From Spirochaetia bacterium (GTDB lineage Bacteria > Spirochaetota > Spirochaetia > DSM-2461), in assembly GCA_963666985.2 (NCBI GenBank), contig CAXXIA010000001.1, forward strand, positions 288,001 through 352,000: 64,000 nt of DNA, read 5' to 3'. Positions 28,578 through 37,800 of the stretch are shown here, piece after piece. A program made the position numbers and the translations under genes. Below the pieces are notes generated by a model. The model did not search any database, was not told the DNA's origin, and worked only from the letters and a program-made list of their open reading frames with translations. Positions within the stretch are counted from its first letter, which is position 1; each line of letters starts with the position of its first letter.

Positions 28578-30312
28578 AAACACTTCCGGGAGAACAACGC
28601 TTCGGGGGCTCGGTGTTTCCGATGGTCTGGCCATGGCGCCGATTCGAATGCTCCGTGCGCAATCTTACCAACCGGATTCGGGAACGGATCATCGTATTGA
28701 TTTGGAGCAGTCCCGTTTCGAATCCGCGACCGAAGAGGTTCGGAAGGAAATCGGACGCATCAAGATTTCAGCCGACGGCAGGCATAATGAGTGGACCGTC
28801 GAGATTCTTGAGAGTCATCTTTTTTTTCTGGAAGATCCCGAATTCATCGGCGGCGTAACCCGCCTTTTGGAATTAGGATATCAAGCCGAATTCGCCGTAA
28901 GCCGAGTACGGGATGATCTGATCTCCATGCTTGAGCACAGTAAAAGCGAACTTATGAGGGAGCGCGCCGCCGATGTCCGGGACATTTGCGGCCGAATTAT
29001 CCGATCATTGCGCGGTGAGAAATCCTCGAATCCGCTTGTTTGCGACGGGCCCCTAATTTTGGCGGCGGAGGATCTGCCGCCGCTGGACGCTCTCTCGATG
29101 GACCCCCAATACGTGAAGGCCGTTATTACGGAAAAAGGAGGCCCCAACGGTCACAGCGCCATCGTGGCCCGGAGCCTCGGAATCCCGGCGGTTGCGGCCG
29201 TTCCCGGCCTTCTTTCGGCGGTTTCCGAAGGGGTTACGGCCGTTGTCGACGGCTGCGCGGGATCGGTTGAATTGAATCCGGCCGAATCCAGGTGCCGCGA
29301 AGTCGCCCGAATCATTGCGGCGGCCGAAAAGCGGAGAAATCATCTCAAGCAGTTTCATGATGAGCCGGGTCTCAGCCGCGACGGGCGGCATCTGGTCTTG
29401 TACGCCAACGCCCCTCCCGGAGGGGATACAAAAGCGGCAAAGAAGAACGGAGCCGAAGGCATCGGTCTTTATCGTACGGAATTTCTTTATATGGAAAGCT
29501 CCGTTTCTCCGGATGAAGATACGCAGTGTGAAGTGTATCGTCGGGTTCTTCGGGAAATGGAGGGCCGTCCGGTGATTTTTCGAACTTTGGATGCCGGAGG
29601 GGATAAAGGCATTCCCTACCTTGATTTTCCCAAGGAGGCGAATCCGTTCCTCGGACTCAGGGGAATCCGATATTCTTTGGAGCGGCCGGATCTTTTTCAC
29701 ATTCAGCTCAGAGCACTCTTAAGGGCCGGATTCGGGAGTGAACTTTTTATAATGTTTCCGATGATTTCCGTCCCCGACGAATTGGAAAAGGCCCGATCTT
29801 GTGTCGAAAAAGCCGCTGATGAACTGAAAAGGGAAGGGCTTGATTACAACGGGAAACCTCTTCTCGGTATGATGGTGGAAGTTCCTTCGGCCGCTTTGAA
29901 CGCCGATGCTTTTTCCCGCAGGGCCGATTTTTTCAGCATCGGGACGAACGATTTAATTCAGTATGTTATGGCCGCCGACAGAATGAGTCCTCAATTGGCT
30001 TCATTATACCGCTGTGCGGATCCCGCCGTTCTTAAGCTGATCGACGGAACCGTTCAAGCGGCCCATTCAAGCGGCATCAAGGTTTCCATTTGCGGGGAAG
30101 CGGGAAGCAATCCTCTCTTTCTTCCTCTTCTTCTGGGACTGGGACTCGATGCGATCAGTATGAATCCCCCGCTTATTCCGGCCGCGAAGGAAAGTCTTTC
30201 ACGTTTGGATTTCGAAGAATGCCGTTTGCTGGCGAATGAGTGTCTTCAATGCGGCTGCGCCGATGCGACGGAAAAGCTTCTCGGGGATTTCAACTGTTCT
30301 CTTCCGCGGTAA
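28570..30312 (+). CDS. ptsI: PTS Enzyme I (PEP-protein phosphotransferase)
   Basis: GG..GHSAI, GIGLYRTEF, EANPFLGLRG, FSIGTNDL, ICGE. Confidence 0.95.
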   Translation: MTENTSGRTTLRGLGVSDGLAMAPIRMLRAQSYQPDSGTDHRIDLEQSRFESATEEVRKEIGRIKISADGRHNEWTVEILESHLFFLEDPEFIGGVTRLLELGYQAEFAVSRVRDDLISMLEHSKSELMRERAADVRDICGRIIRSLRGEKSSNPLVCDGPLILAAEDLPPLDALSMDPQYVKAVITEKGGPNGHSAIVARSLGIPAVAAVPGLLSAVSEGVTAVVDGCAGSVELNPAESRCREVARIIAAAEKRRNHLKQFHDEPGLSRDGRHLVLYANAPPGGDTKAAKKNGAEGIGLYRTEFLYMESSVSPDEDTQCEVYRRVLREMEGRPVIFRTLDAGGDKGIPYLDFPKEANPFLGLRGIRYSLERPDLFHIQLRALLRAGFGSELFIMFPMISVPDELEKARSCVEKAADELKREGLDYNGKPLLGMMVEVPSAALNADAFSRRADFFSIGTNDLIQYVMAADRMSPQLASLYRCADPAVLKLIDGTVQAAHSSGIKVSICGEAGSNPLFLPLLLGLGLDAISMNPPLIPAAKESLSRLDFEECRLLANECLQCGCADATEKLLGDFNCSLPR

Positions 30313-30412
30313 GCGGCGGCGGATGAAAGCACCGGCACGCCTCGAAACGCCAAGCGGCGGCATGCGTCGGAGTCGGCACGCCTTGCTGAAGATCTATTCC
30401 GTATGGATTCTG

Positions 30413-30649
30413 TTAGTTTTCAATGGCCGTTACGCTGATGGAATCGCCCTCGGGTGTAATTTCGCTGCTTGGTAATTCTCCCGTATCAAGAAGATAACGA
30501 ATTCTCGCGCAGGATGTTTTCGTATCATGGTTCAGACAATATCTGTGAATCAGTTCTCTGCGTTCAACCTCGTGATTCATACGATTGTTCCAGTAGAAGC
30601 CGCAATATTCGATATAATCGCAAGTACTCTGTGTTTGACCGGACCGCAT
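30413..30649 (-). CDS. Small Cys-containing hypothetical protein
   Basis: GGGAG SD; C-x5-C...YC...CAR pattern. Confidence 0.65.
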   Translation of the reverse strand: MRSGQTQSTCDYIEYCGFYWNNRMNHEVERRELIHRYCLNHDTKTSCARIRYLLDTGELPSSEITPEGDSISVTAIEN

Positions 30650-30927
30650 GGAAAACTCCCTGAAATCAATAAGCAAAAATTAAGCCAATCTCTCTTTTCC
30701 GCTTAATTCTTATTATGTGAGGTGATTTCCAAAAATCAGCGATTTGTCTAACAAAGCCCTTCTAAAGCGAATCCGGAGGGTTTTCGGGCATCGGATATCA
30801 GGAATTTCATGAATTATGTAATTGCCGCATGTTATTATTGAAGATTTTTCATGAAGATACTTCACAAATGATCGGCATATGCAATCCGCATAAGCAATGC
30901 ACATCGCATATGAATTGGGATGAGGGC

Positions 30928-31563
30928 TTAAGGTTGGAAGGGGCCGATTCCTTCCCGGATTACCACGGCCGATTCCCCCGTAAGATCCAAGACCGTAGTG
31001 AGGGTTTTCGAGAGGGCACCACCGCCATCGAGAATCAAATCTATTCCGGCGACGGTTTCCAGTTCCCATCCCATTTCGAAAAGATTTTCCTCGGCGAATT
31101 CCGGATTCCACCAGTTCGGATCCTTCATGGTTCGGGCCGCCGTCGTGGAAAAGATCGGCTCGTCCAGCGCCTCGACAATAGCCGGCGAGACAGGATCGGA
31201 AGGAATGCGGATTCCGACTTCATGTCTTTTCATACCGGTGAGTTTTTCGAGCTTCTGCGTAGCTTCCAGGATGAAAACGTAGGGACCGGGGGTGAATCTG
31301 TGGATGAGTTTGTACTGGGACGTGGACATGTTCACCAGCCGGGAAATTCTCGAAATCTCGGAAGTGATCAGAGTGAACGTGTATCCCCGTGCTCCGTCTT
31401 TTAGGTTTTTAAGTTTCGCGATTCCCGCCGCCGAAGAGGAAGCACAGCTGATATGCCAGGATGTATCGGTCGGATGGGCCACAAGTCCTCCCGAACGGAG
31501 AATATCCGCCGCGCGTTTTAGAACTCTATCGTCTATATTGTGAGGGATGATGTATTCGATCAT
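30928..31563 (-). CDS. Sua5/YciO/YrdC family threonylcarbamoyl-AMP synthase-like protein
   Basis: PTDT, TPGPY.FIL, VGIRIP, TTVLDL..REG.G. Confidence 0.9.
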   Translation of the reverse strand: MIEYIIPHNIDDRVLKRAADILRSGGLVAHPTDTSWHISCASSSAAGIAKLKNLKDGARGYTFTLITSEISRISRLVNMSTSQYKLIHRFTPGPYVFILEATQKLEKLTGMKRHEVGIRIPSDPVSPAIVEALDEPIFSTTAARTMKDPNWWNPEFAEENLFEMGWELETVAGIDLILDGGGALSKTLTTVLDLTGESAVVIREGIGPFQP

Positions 31564-31704
31564 GATTCCGCGGCACTCGGCTCCTTTTTACATTTTTCTT
31601 GGAAGCGGTTCGGAACAGCATAATCTTTCCGCTTGATTAGGGCGAGACGGCAGTGTCTCAGTTCTTCGATTCTCCATGTGTGGAGGTTTCGCTAAAATTA
31701 TCGT

Positions 31705-32532
31705 ATGCGATTTGATCGATTGAAAGTTTTCTTTAAAACGATCGATTCCCTCATTCTTGTTGTTTCCGCCGTATTGATGACGGCCGCAGGGTGCGCGGGA
31801 GATCCTCGGGAAGATACCGGCTTCTCCGTTCCCGGATTTTTTTCTTCGGAGCGTTTCGTTTCGGAAGGAATGTCGGTGATTGAAGGGGCCGGATGGACGG
31901 CCGTGAAAAGCTCTGTTTCTGAAGGCGGCCCGATTCCGGCCGTGAGGGCCGCCATCAACGGGGATGGCGATCTGCTGGGCGATCACGGTTCCTCCGATCT
32001 CAAGAATCCCGGGGTGGAGGCGAGTCTTGTCGGTTCCTCCCATGATCCGATTCGATTCCGTTCGGGGCTGCCTCAATCCGTTTCAGGATTTTTTCGCTTA
32101 AACGGTATAACGCTCGCGGAGCCGAACGGCAGACAAGACGCCGTCGGCATCGACGGAAGAGGAACGCTGTTTCTTCTTCGGCCGGAGGCGCAAAAAGGCT
32201 GGATGGAAGACGCGGTGGCCGGTTTTTACGCCGTTCTTTCCAACGGAGAAATCTTAAATCCCGTTGAAGAGCGTGATGCCGTTGGTGCACTGGGCTGGTC
32301 AAAAGACTCCTCGGCGATTTTCTTCTTTGTTTCCCGGGGACATAAGGGAAAGGGTTTTACGTATCGGGAAGTCGGCGAAATACTACGCGCTCTCGGTGCC
32401 GAGAACGCCCTGGCGATGGACGGCGGCGGATCGGTCCGGCTTGTTTGGAGAGAAGGTGAAGATATTATCAGTTTTCCCGACAAACCGCTCTATAGGGCCG
32501 TACCGAATCGGCTGGTGTTTATTCGGCGCTGA
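31705..32532 (+). CDS. Phosphodiester glycosidase (NAGPA-like) lipoprotein
   Basis: Lipobox AAGC; AAING, ALAMDGGGS, RAVPN. Confidence 0.75.
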   Translation: MRFDRLKVFFKTIDSLILVVSAVLMTAAGCAGDPREDTGFSVPGFFSSERFVSEGMSVIEGAGWTAVKSSVSEGGPIPAVRAAINGDGDLLGDHGSSDLKNPGVEASLVGSSHDPIRFRSGLPQSVSGFFRLNGITLAEPNGRQDAVGIDGRGTLFLLRPEAQKGWMEDAVAGFYAVLSNGEILNPVEERDAVGALGWSKDSSAIFFFVSRGHKGKGFTYREVGEILRALGAENALAMDGGGSVRLVWREGEDIISFPDKPLYRAVPNRLVFIRR

Positions 32533-32620
32533 GGATGCTGAATTATTCGTATAGCCGAAGATGACATTGGAAAAGAACTCTTTTCAGATCGATCCGTATA
32601 ATTCTCAGTTTCTCCGAATA

Positions 32621-33406
32621 CTATTCTGAAAAGCCCTTTTTAGAACCGAGGATTCGGGAGATCTCCTTTCCCGCAAGCAGGACTTCTTCCGTTAATCGCT
32701 CCATATCCGCAAGGATGCGGTCTTTGGGACCCGAAATACCGATCGCCGCCTCTATTTTCCCTTCAAAGCTGTAAATCGGAGAAGCGATGCAATGGACATA
32801 ATTCTCGTATTCTTCCAAATCGTAGGCAAATCCCTGTTGTTCAACCTTCCTCAGTTCTTTTTCTATTGATTCGATATTAACGATTGTATTCTCGGTATAT
32901 TTCCGAAGATCGACTTTTTCAAGAAGCTCGAAGAGTTCCTTAACGGGAAGATCACAAATAAGACATTTCCCTACGGCCGTACAATACAATTCTTCACTGT
33001 CTCCGATGTTCGTGTTCGCGGCGATGGTGTTCGCCGCTCTCTCTCTGTCGATAAAAATCGCCCGTGTGCCCGAGCGTACGGCCAGATGAGCGTTTTCATG
33101 CGTTGTTTGCGCGAGTGATTTGAGAAACGGCGAGGTGATATCGGTGATTTTGATCTGATCCCGAAGAGCTCCCGCGAGTCTGAACACTCCATAGCCCAGC
33201 CGATAACTCTTTTTTGATTCATCTTGGCGGACCAAGTCGTGGTTCGCCAGGGTGGCCAGGAGTCTGAACGCGGAACTTTTATCCACGGAGATATAATCCG
33301 CGAGTTCGGATGATCCTAAAGACAGTTCCGGACTGTCGGCGATTTTTTCCAATAAACGAAGCGCTCTGTCTACGGATTGAACGGTTGTGTTGTCTCTCTC
33401 GGGCAT
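32621..33406 (-). CDS. IclR-family transcriptional regulator
   Basis: VQSVDRAL, KSSAFRLL, YCTAVGK, AAIGISGP. Confidence 0.95.
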   Translation of the reverse strand: MPERDNTTVQSVDRALRLLEKIADSPELSLGSSELADYISVDKSSAFRLLATLANHDLVRQDESKKSYRLGYGVFRLAGALRDQIKITDITSPFLKSLAQTTHENAHLAVRSGTRAIFIDRERAANTIAANTNIGDSEELYCTAVGKCLICDLPVKELFELLEKVDLRKYTENTIVNIESIEKELRKVEQQGFAYDLEEYENYVHCIASPIYSFEGKIEAAIGISGPKDRILADMERLTEEVLLAGKEISRILGSKKGFSE

Positions 33407-33412
33407 GGACGA

Positions 33413-33477
33413 AGAATACACTTATGCGGGCGATAGGTCAATTTTTGATTGACTTATGCGCAATGTGGATGCATAAT
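33413..33477. promoter_or_regulatory. Back-to-back sigma70 promoters with a candidate IclR operator
   Basis: Plus TTGACT-17-CATAAT (33449-33477); minus TTGACC-17-TATTCT (33441-33413); TTATGC-N11-GCATAA at 33454-33476. Confidence 0.75.
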
Positions 33478-33485
33478 ACGCATCA

Positions 33486-34322
33486 ATGAAGCACGATGTC
33501 ACAGATAAAGATCTTCGTATCGTTTCGAGAGACTTGAGAAAGCTGATAATCGAAACGACTCATCATGCCGGTATGGGGCATACGGGCGGTTCCCTTTCGG
33601 AAGTGGAAATTCTCGCGGCCCTTTACTTTCGCGTTTTACGCGGTCTTAATCCGGGTGGTGCGGAAGATCCGAAGCGTGATCGGTTCATTCTTTCAAAGGG
33701 ACATGCGACTCCGGGATATTACGGCATTCTTGCTCTGCGGGGATTCTTTCCCGTAGAGGAACTGATGAGTTTCGACAGTTTGGGCTCCCGACTTCAGGCG
33801 CATCCCGATATGAAGAAAACACCGGGAGTCGACATGTCCACGGGTTCTCTTGGTCAGGGGCTTTCCTGCGGTATCGGTTTTGCGGCGGCGGCGGCCAGGG
33901 ACGAATCCCTTGGCGGATTTGTGACATTCGTCCTTATGGGCGACGGGGAAATGCAGGAAGGACAGGTTTGGGAGGCCGCGCTCTATGCCGGCTCCAGGCA
34001 TTTGCCGGGTCTCGTCGCCATAGTGGATGCAAACGGACTTCAGCTTGCCTCGACGGTTTCCGACTCATCCAATCCCGAACCGATCAACGCCAAATGGAGA
34101 TCATTCGGATGGATGGTTTTCGAAGCCGACGGACATAACCCCGAGGAACTTGCTGAAGTTCTTGAGGCGGCGCGGGCTGCATCCAAGGACGGTCCCGCCG
34201 CGGTTATTGCCAGAACCGTTAAAGGAAAAGGGGTTTCGTTTATGGAGGGACGTCCGGAATGGCACGGCAAAGCACCGGACGATTCCGAAAAAGATGCCGC
34301 GCTTAAGGAGATTCTTTCTTGA
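33486..34322 (+). CDS. Transketolase, N-terminal (ThDP-binding) subunit
   Basis: GHTGGSLS, DRFILSKGH, STGSLGQG, GDGE..EG. Confidence 0.95.
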   Translation: MKHDVTDKDLRIVSRDLRKLIIETTHHAGMGHTGGSLSEVEILAALYFRVLRGLNPGGAEDPKRDRFILSKGHATPGYYGILALRGFFPVEELMSFDSLGSRLQAHPDMKKTPGVDMSTGSLGQGLSCGIGFAAAAARDESLGGFVTFVLMGDGEMQEGQVWEAALYAGSRHLPGLVAIVDANGLQLASTVSDSSNPEPINAKWRSFGWMVFEADGHNPEELAEVLEAARAASKDGPAAVIARTVKGKGVSFMEGRPEWHGKAPDDSEKDAALKEILS

Positions 34323-35299
34323 TTGGTGAACGAATTGCTCAGCGTCGAGCCTTCGGCCGGGCCCTTGTCGAGATGGCGCCGGACTATCCGAAAATGCTTG
34401 TTCTGGACCCGGATGTCTGTACATCCACGCAGACAGCCCTTTTCAGGGAAGCATTTCCGGAACGTTTTTTACCGATGGGTATTGCCGAGGCCAATGCCGT
34501 CTCGGCGGCAGCCGGACTGGCCTGCTGCGGATTCATTCCCTGGGTTTCGGCTTTTTCCGTGTTTCTCGCGGCGCGGGCCCTGGATCAAATTCGGGTTTCC
34601 GTTGCCCAGACCGGACTTCCCGTTAAGCTGAACGCGGCTTACGGTGGGCTTCCTTCCGGCCGCGGCGGTGCGACGCATTCCTCCGTGGAGGATCTTGCGG
34701 TGATGAGATCCCTGCCGGGGATGACGGTTCTGTGTCCGGCCGATGCCGTTGAAGCCGGGGCGATGGCCCGTGAGGCCATGCGGATATCCGGTCCTGTTTA
34801 TCTGCGGACGGTTCGCTGCGAAGTTCCGACGATCTTTGAAGACGATTTCCGTCCGGAAATAGGCAAGGCTGTGGTTCTGAACGAAGGTTCGGATGTCGCC
34901 ATTGTGTCCGAGGGGATGATGAGCGCCCGTGCTCTCGAGGCGGCGAAAATTTTAAAAAACGAGGGACTCGGGGTTCGAGTTCTTCATGTGGGTACGATCA
35001 AGCCGCTGGATGAAGCGGCGATAATCAAGGCTTCAAGGGAGTGCGGGGCCCTCCTTACAGTGGAAAATCATTCCGTTCTCGGAGGTCTTGGGGGTGCCGT
35101 CTGTGAAATTTTGGCGGAATCGGCACCTTGCCGGGTTCGCCGTCTCGGGTTTCCCGACGTTTTTATGGAATCGGGAGATGATGAGGCGATTTTTTCCCGT
35201 TTCGGATTGGATGCCGAAGGAATCGCCGAAGCCGCCCGGAATCTTGCCGGAATAGAGGAACAATCAGGAGAAGGCCATGAACATAGCCGTAATCAATGA
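34319..35299 (+). CDS. Transketolase, C-terminal subunit
   Basis: GIAEAN, GGATH, GPVYLR, IKPLD, ENHS..GGLG; TTGA overlap. Confidence 0.93.
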   Translation: MIGERIAQRRAFGRALVEMAPDYPKMLVLDPDVCTSTQTALFREAFPERFLPMGIAEANAVSAAAGLACCGFIPWVSAFSVFLAARALDQIRVSVAQTGLPVKLNAAYGGLPSGRGGATHSSVEDLAVMRSLPGMTVLCPADAVEAGAMAREAMRISGPVYLRTVRCEVPTIFEDDFRPEIGKAVVLNEGSDVAIVSEGMMSARALEAAKILKNEGLGVRVLHVGTIKPLDEAAIIKASRECGALLTVENHSVLGGLGGAVCEILAESAPCRVRRLGFPDVFMESGDDEAIFSRFGLDAEGIAEAARNLAGIEEQSGEGHEHSRNQ

Positions 35300-35885
35300 G
35301 GTGAGCGCCGCGCATAGGAATAAGGATATCCTGGATGCGCTTGAAGGACGGGGACACCGGATTTACAACTGCGGAATGACCGGAAAGGACACGGGTGATG
35401 AACTTAATTATCTTCATACCGGATTTCTTGCCGGTTATCTGCTTGAAAAGAATCTTGTCGATCTTGTCGTGGGAGGATGCGGAACCGGGCAGGGATTTCT
35501 TAATTCCGCATTACAGTATCCCGGGGTTGTCTGCGGATTGATCCGGACGCCGCTGGATGCCGTTCTGTTCGCCAGAATTAACGGCGGAAACTGCATTAGT
35601 CTGGCGCTGAATGAGGGATACGGATGGGGAGGAGAACTCAATCTTTCTCTGATTTTCAACGCGTTTTTTTCCTCCGAAATCGGTTCGGGATTTCCCGAAC
35701 ACAGGAAGGAGCCCCAGCGGGAATCACGTCGGGCGCTGAATGGAATTTCCGCAGCCTCCCATAAAAATTGGGACGATATTCTCGCAAGCTTGTCCGATGA
35801 TTTTGTTCGGCATTGCCTTTCCTTTCCCGCGACCGGCAGCCTGCTCGGCGGAGAGAAGAACGGCGGGAACGGGCTTTCCCGATGA
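35277..35885 (+). CDS. RpiB/LacAB-family isomerase, long DhuI-like subtype
   Basis: INE, GCGTGQG, PGVVCG, INGGN, G.GWGGELNL. Confidence 0.88.
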   Translation: MNIAVINEVSAAHRNKDILDALEGRGHRIYNCGMTGKDTGDELNYLHTGFLAGYLLEKNLVDLVVGGCGTGQGFLNSALQYPGVVCGLIRTPLDAVLFARINGGNCISLALNEGYGWGGELNLSLIFNAFFSSEIGSGFPEHRKEPQRESRRALNGISAASHKNWDDILASLSDDFVRHCLSFPATGSLLGGEKNGGNGLSR

Positions 35886-37786
35886 GTAACGGCGTTCGTT
35901 CTTTCCGGGAACAGCGTGCGGCCGCCGTTGCCGATGCCGGCGGACTGGAAGAAGCCGTTCGGGCCGGAGCGTTTGCGGCTGTAGAGGGAATGACTGTTTC
36001 GGAAGCACTTGTTCTCGGGTTTCTCCGCCAGGGAGTCAGGAAATATATCGGCGTCTTCGGGCACGGATCGACGGAGCTTGGAGAAGCGCTCAGGATTTAC
36101 GAAAGCGCCGGTCTTGTGGAAGTTTATAATGTCCGAAGCGAAATTGAAGCGTCCCACGCCGCTTCCGCATTGAAGCATACTTACGGCGAGACCGCCGCGG
36201 TCTTTACATCCATCGGTCCCGGGGCCCTTCAGGCGCTCTCCGCCTCCTTGGTCGGTCAATCGGACGGACTTGGAATCTACTACCTTTTCGGCGACGAGAC
36301 GACGCACGACGAGGGATACAACATGCAGCAGATTCCGGGCCCGGGACAAGCGCAATTCCTTAAGCTCACCTCCGTCATGGGCGCCTCCTATCAGCTTCAT
36401 ACCGGCGAGGCCCTTCCCTCCGCCCTTAAGAAAGGAATAGCGACGGTTTTTAATCCCGAAGGAGCCCGGCCGTTTTATCTTCTGCTTCCCATGAATGTGC
36501 AAGGACAATCTCTGGACGGATTCAATATCGGGGAGTTGCCTCGGATTCCGGAAATCCATACCGTCATGCCTTCGGGAAATACGGCATACGAGCGTGCCGT
36601 GGACATAATTGCCGGAGCGGAAAAAACAGTTGTAAAAGTCGGGAACGGAGCCATGGTGCTTGCCGATTCCTGCGGACATTCCGCTCGGCTTTCCGAATTT
36701 CTGCAGCGGGCCGATGCTGTATTCGTCCACGGGCCGCAGGCGGTCGGGCTTCTTTCGGGAGATCATCCGCGAAACATGACGATCGGGGGCAGTAAGGGAT
36801 CCATTTCCGGAAATTATGCCATGTCGGAAGCCGATCTTGTCATTACCGTTGGCGCCCGGGCCGTCTGTCAATGGGATTCATCAGGGACCGCATGGAAGAA
36901 CGTTCGAAAAATTATTTCCATCAATACCCGGACCGAGGATGCGTTTCATTATAACCGGACTTTTCCCCTTATCGGGGATGCCGCGGAGGTTATTGCCGCT
37001 TTAGTCGCCGTTATGAAGATGCGCGGTCTGGACAAGGGAAAAACACCTTCTCCGTGGTTCCTTTCCTGCGCGGAGAAAAAAACCGATTGGGAAGCATTGC
37101 TTGCTTCCAGGACAAGCGGGCCGCCGCTTATGGATTCCAAATTCGACGAAGAGGTGCTCACGCAGCCGGCGGCCATCGCCGAGGTTCTTGATTTCTGCCG
37201 GAGCATCGATGCGGTGAAATACTTTGATGCCGGAGATGTTCAGGCAAATGGTTTCCAGTTGACGGAAGACGATAGGCCGGGCATGACCTTCACGGAGACC
37301 GGTGCCTCGTACATGGGGTTCGCGGCTTCGGCCGTCCTCGCATCGGCCATCGCGGACTCGGGCCGATACGGTGTGGCCTTCACCGGAGACGGGAGCTTCA
37401 TGATGAATCCGCAGGTTCTTATTGATGCTTCGGCTCTCGGCGTACACGGGATGATCGTTGTATTCGATAATCGGCGGATGGCCGCGATATCAAGTTTGCA
37501 GGAACAGCAGTACGGCTTCGAATTCCGCACAGACGATCAGGTGGCCGTTGATTACGCGGAAATGGCGGGCTGTGTCGACGGGGTGAAGGGCTTTCGGGGA
37601 GGACGCACAAGGAAAGCTCTTCGGGAAACGCTTCGTTTGGCACATGGCTTCGGAGGGCTCTCTCTGGTTCATCTTCCGGTCTATTACGGCCCGGATGAAC
37701 GCGGCGGTTTGGGAGCCTACGGTGATTGGAACGTCGGCAGCTGGTGCACGGCCGTTCAGGCCGAAAAGCATCGAATAGGGCTGTAG
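35882..37786 (+). CDS. ThDP-dependent enzyme related to IolD (cyclic 1,2-dione acylhydrolase)
   Basis: GVFGHG, TSIGPGA, SYMGF, GDGSFMMNPQ...DN; ATGA overlap. Confidence 0.82.
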   Translation: MSNGVRSFREQRAAAVADAGGLEEAVRAGAFAAVEGMTVSEALVLGFLRQGVRKYIGVFGHGSTELGEALRIYESAGLVEVYNVRSEIEASHAASALKHTYGETAAVFTSIGPGALQALSASLVGQSDGLGIYYLFGDETTHDEGYNMQQIPGPGQAQFLKLTSVMGASYQLHTGEALPSALKKGIATVFNPEGARPFYLLLPMNVQGQSLDGFNIGELPRIPEIHTVMPSGNTAYERAVDIIAGAEKTVVKVGNGAMVLADSCGHSARLSEFLQRADAVFVHGPQAVGLLSGDHPRNMTIGGSKGSISGNYAMSEADLVITVGARAVCQWDSSGTAWKNVRKIISINTRTEDAFHYNRTFPLIGDAAEVIAALVAVMKMRGLDKGKTPSPWFLSCAEKKTDWEALLASRTSGPPLMDSKFDEEVLTQPAAIAEVLDFCRSIDAVKYFDAGDVQANGFQLTEDDRPGMTFTETGASYMGFAASAVLASAIADSGRYGVAFTGDGSFMMNPQVLIDASALGVHGMIVVFDNRRMAAISSLQEQQYGFEFRTDDQVAVDYAEMAGCVDGVKGFRGGRTRKALRETLRLAHGFGGLSLVHLPVYYGPDERGGLGAYGDWNVGSWCTAVQAEKHRIGL

Positions 37787-37800
37787 AAGAGGAGGGGTGA

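Noticed and set aside
30311..30383. Mini CRISPR array
   Set aside because: Only two short imperfect units; no cas genes or leader
35435..36871. 478-aa minus-strand ORF
   Set aside because: Antisense shadow of the RpiB and ThDP genes; no motifs
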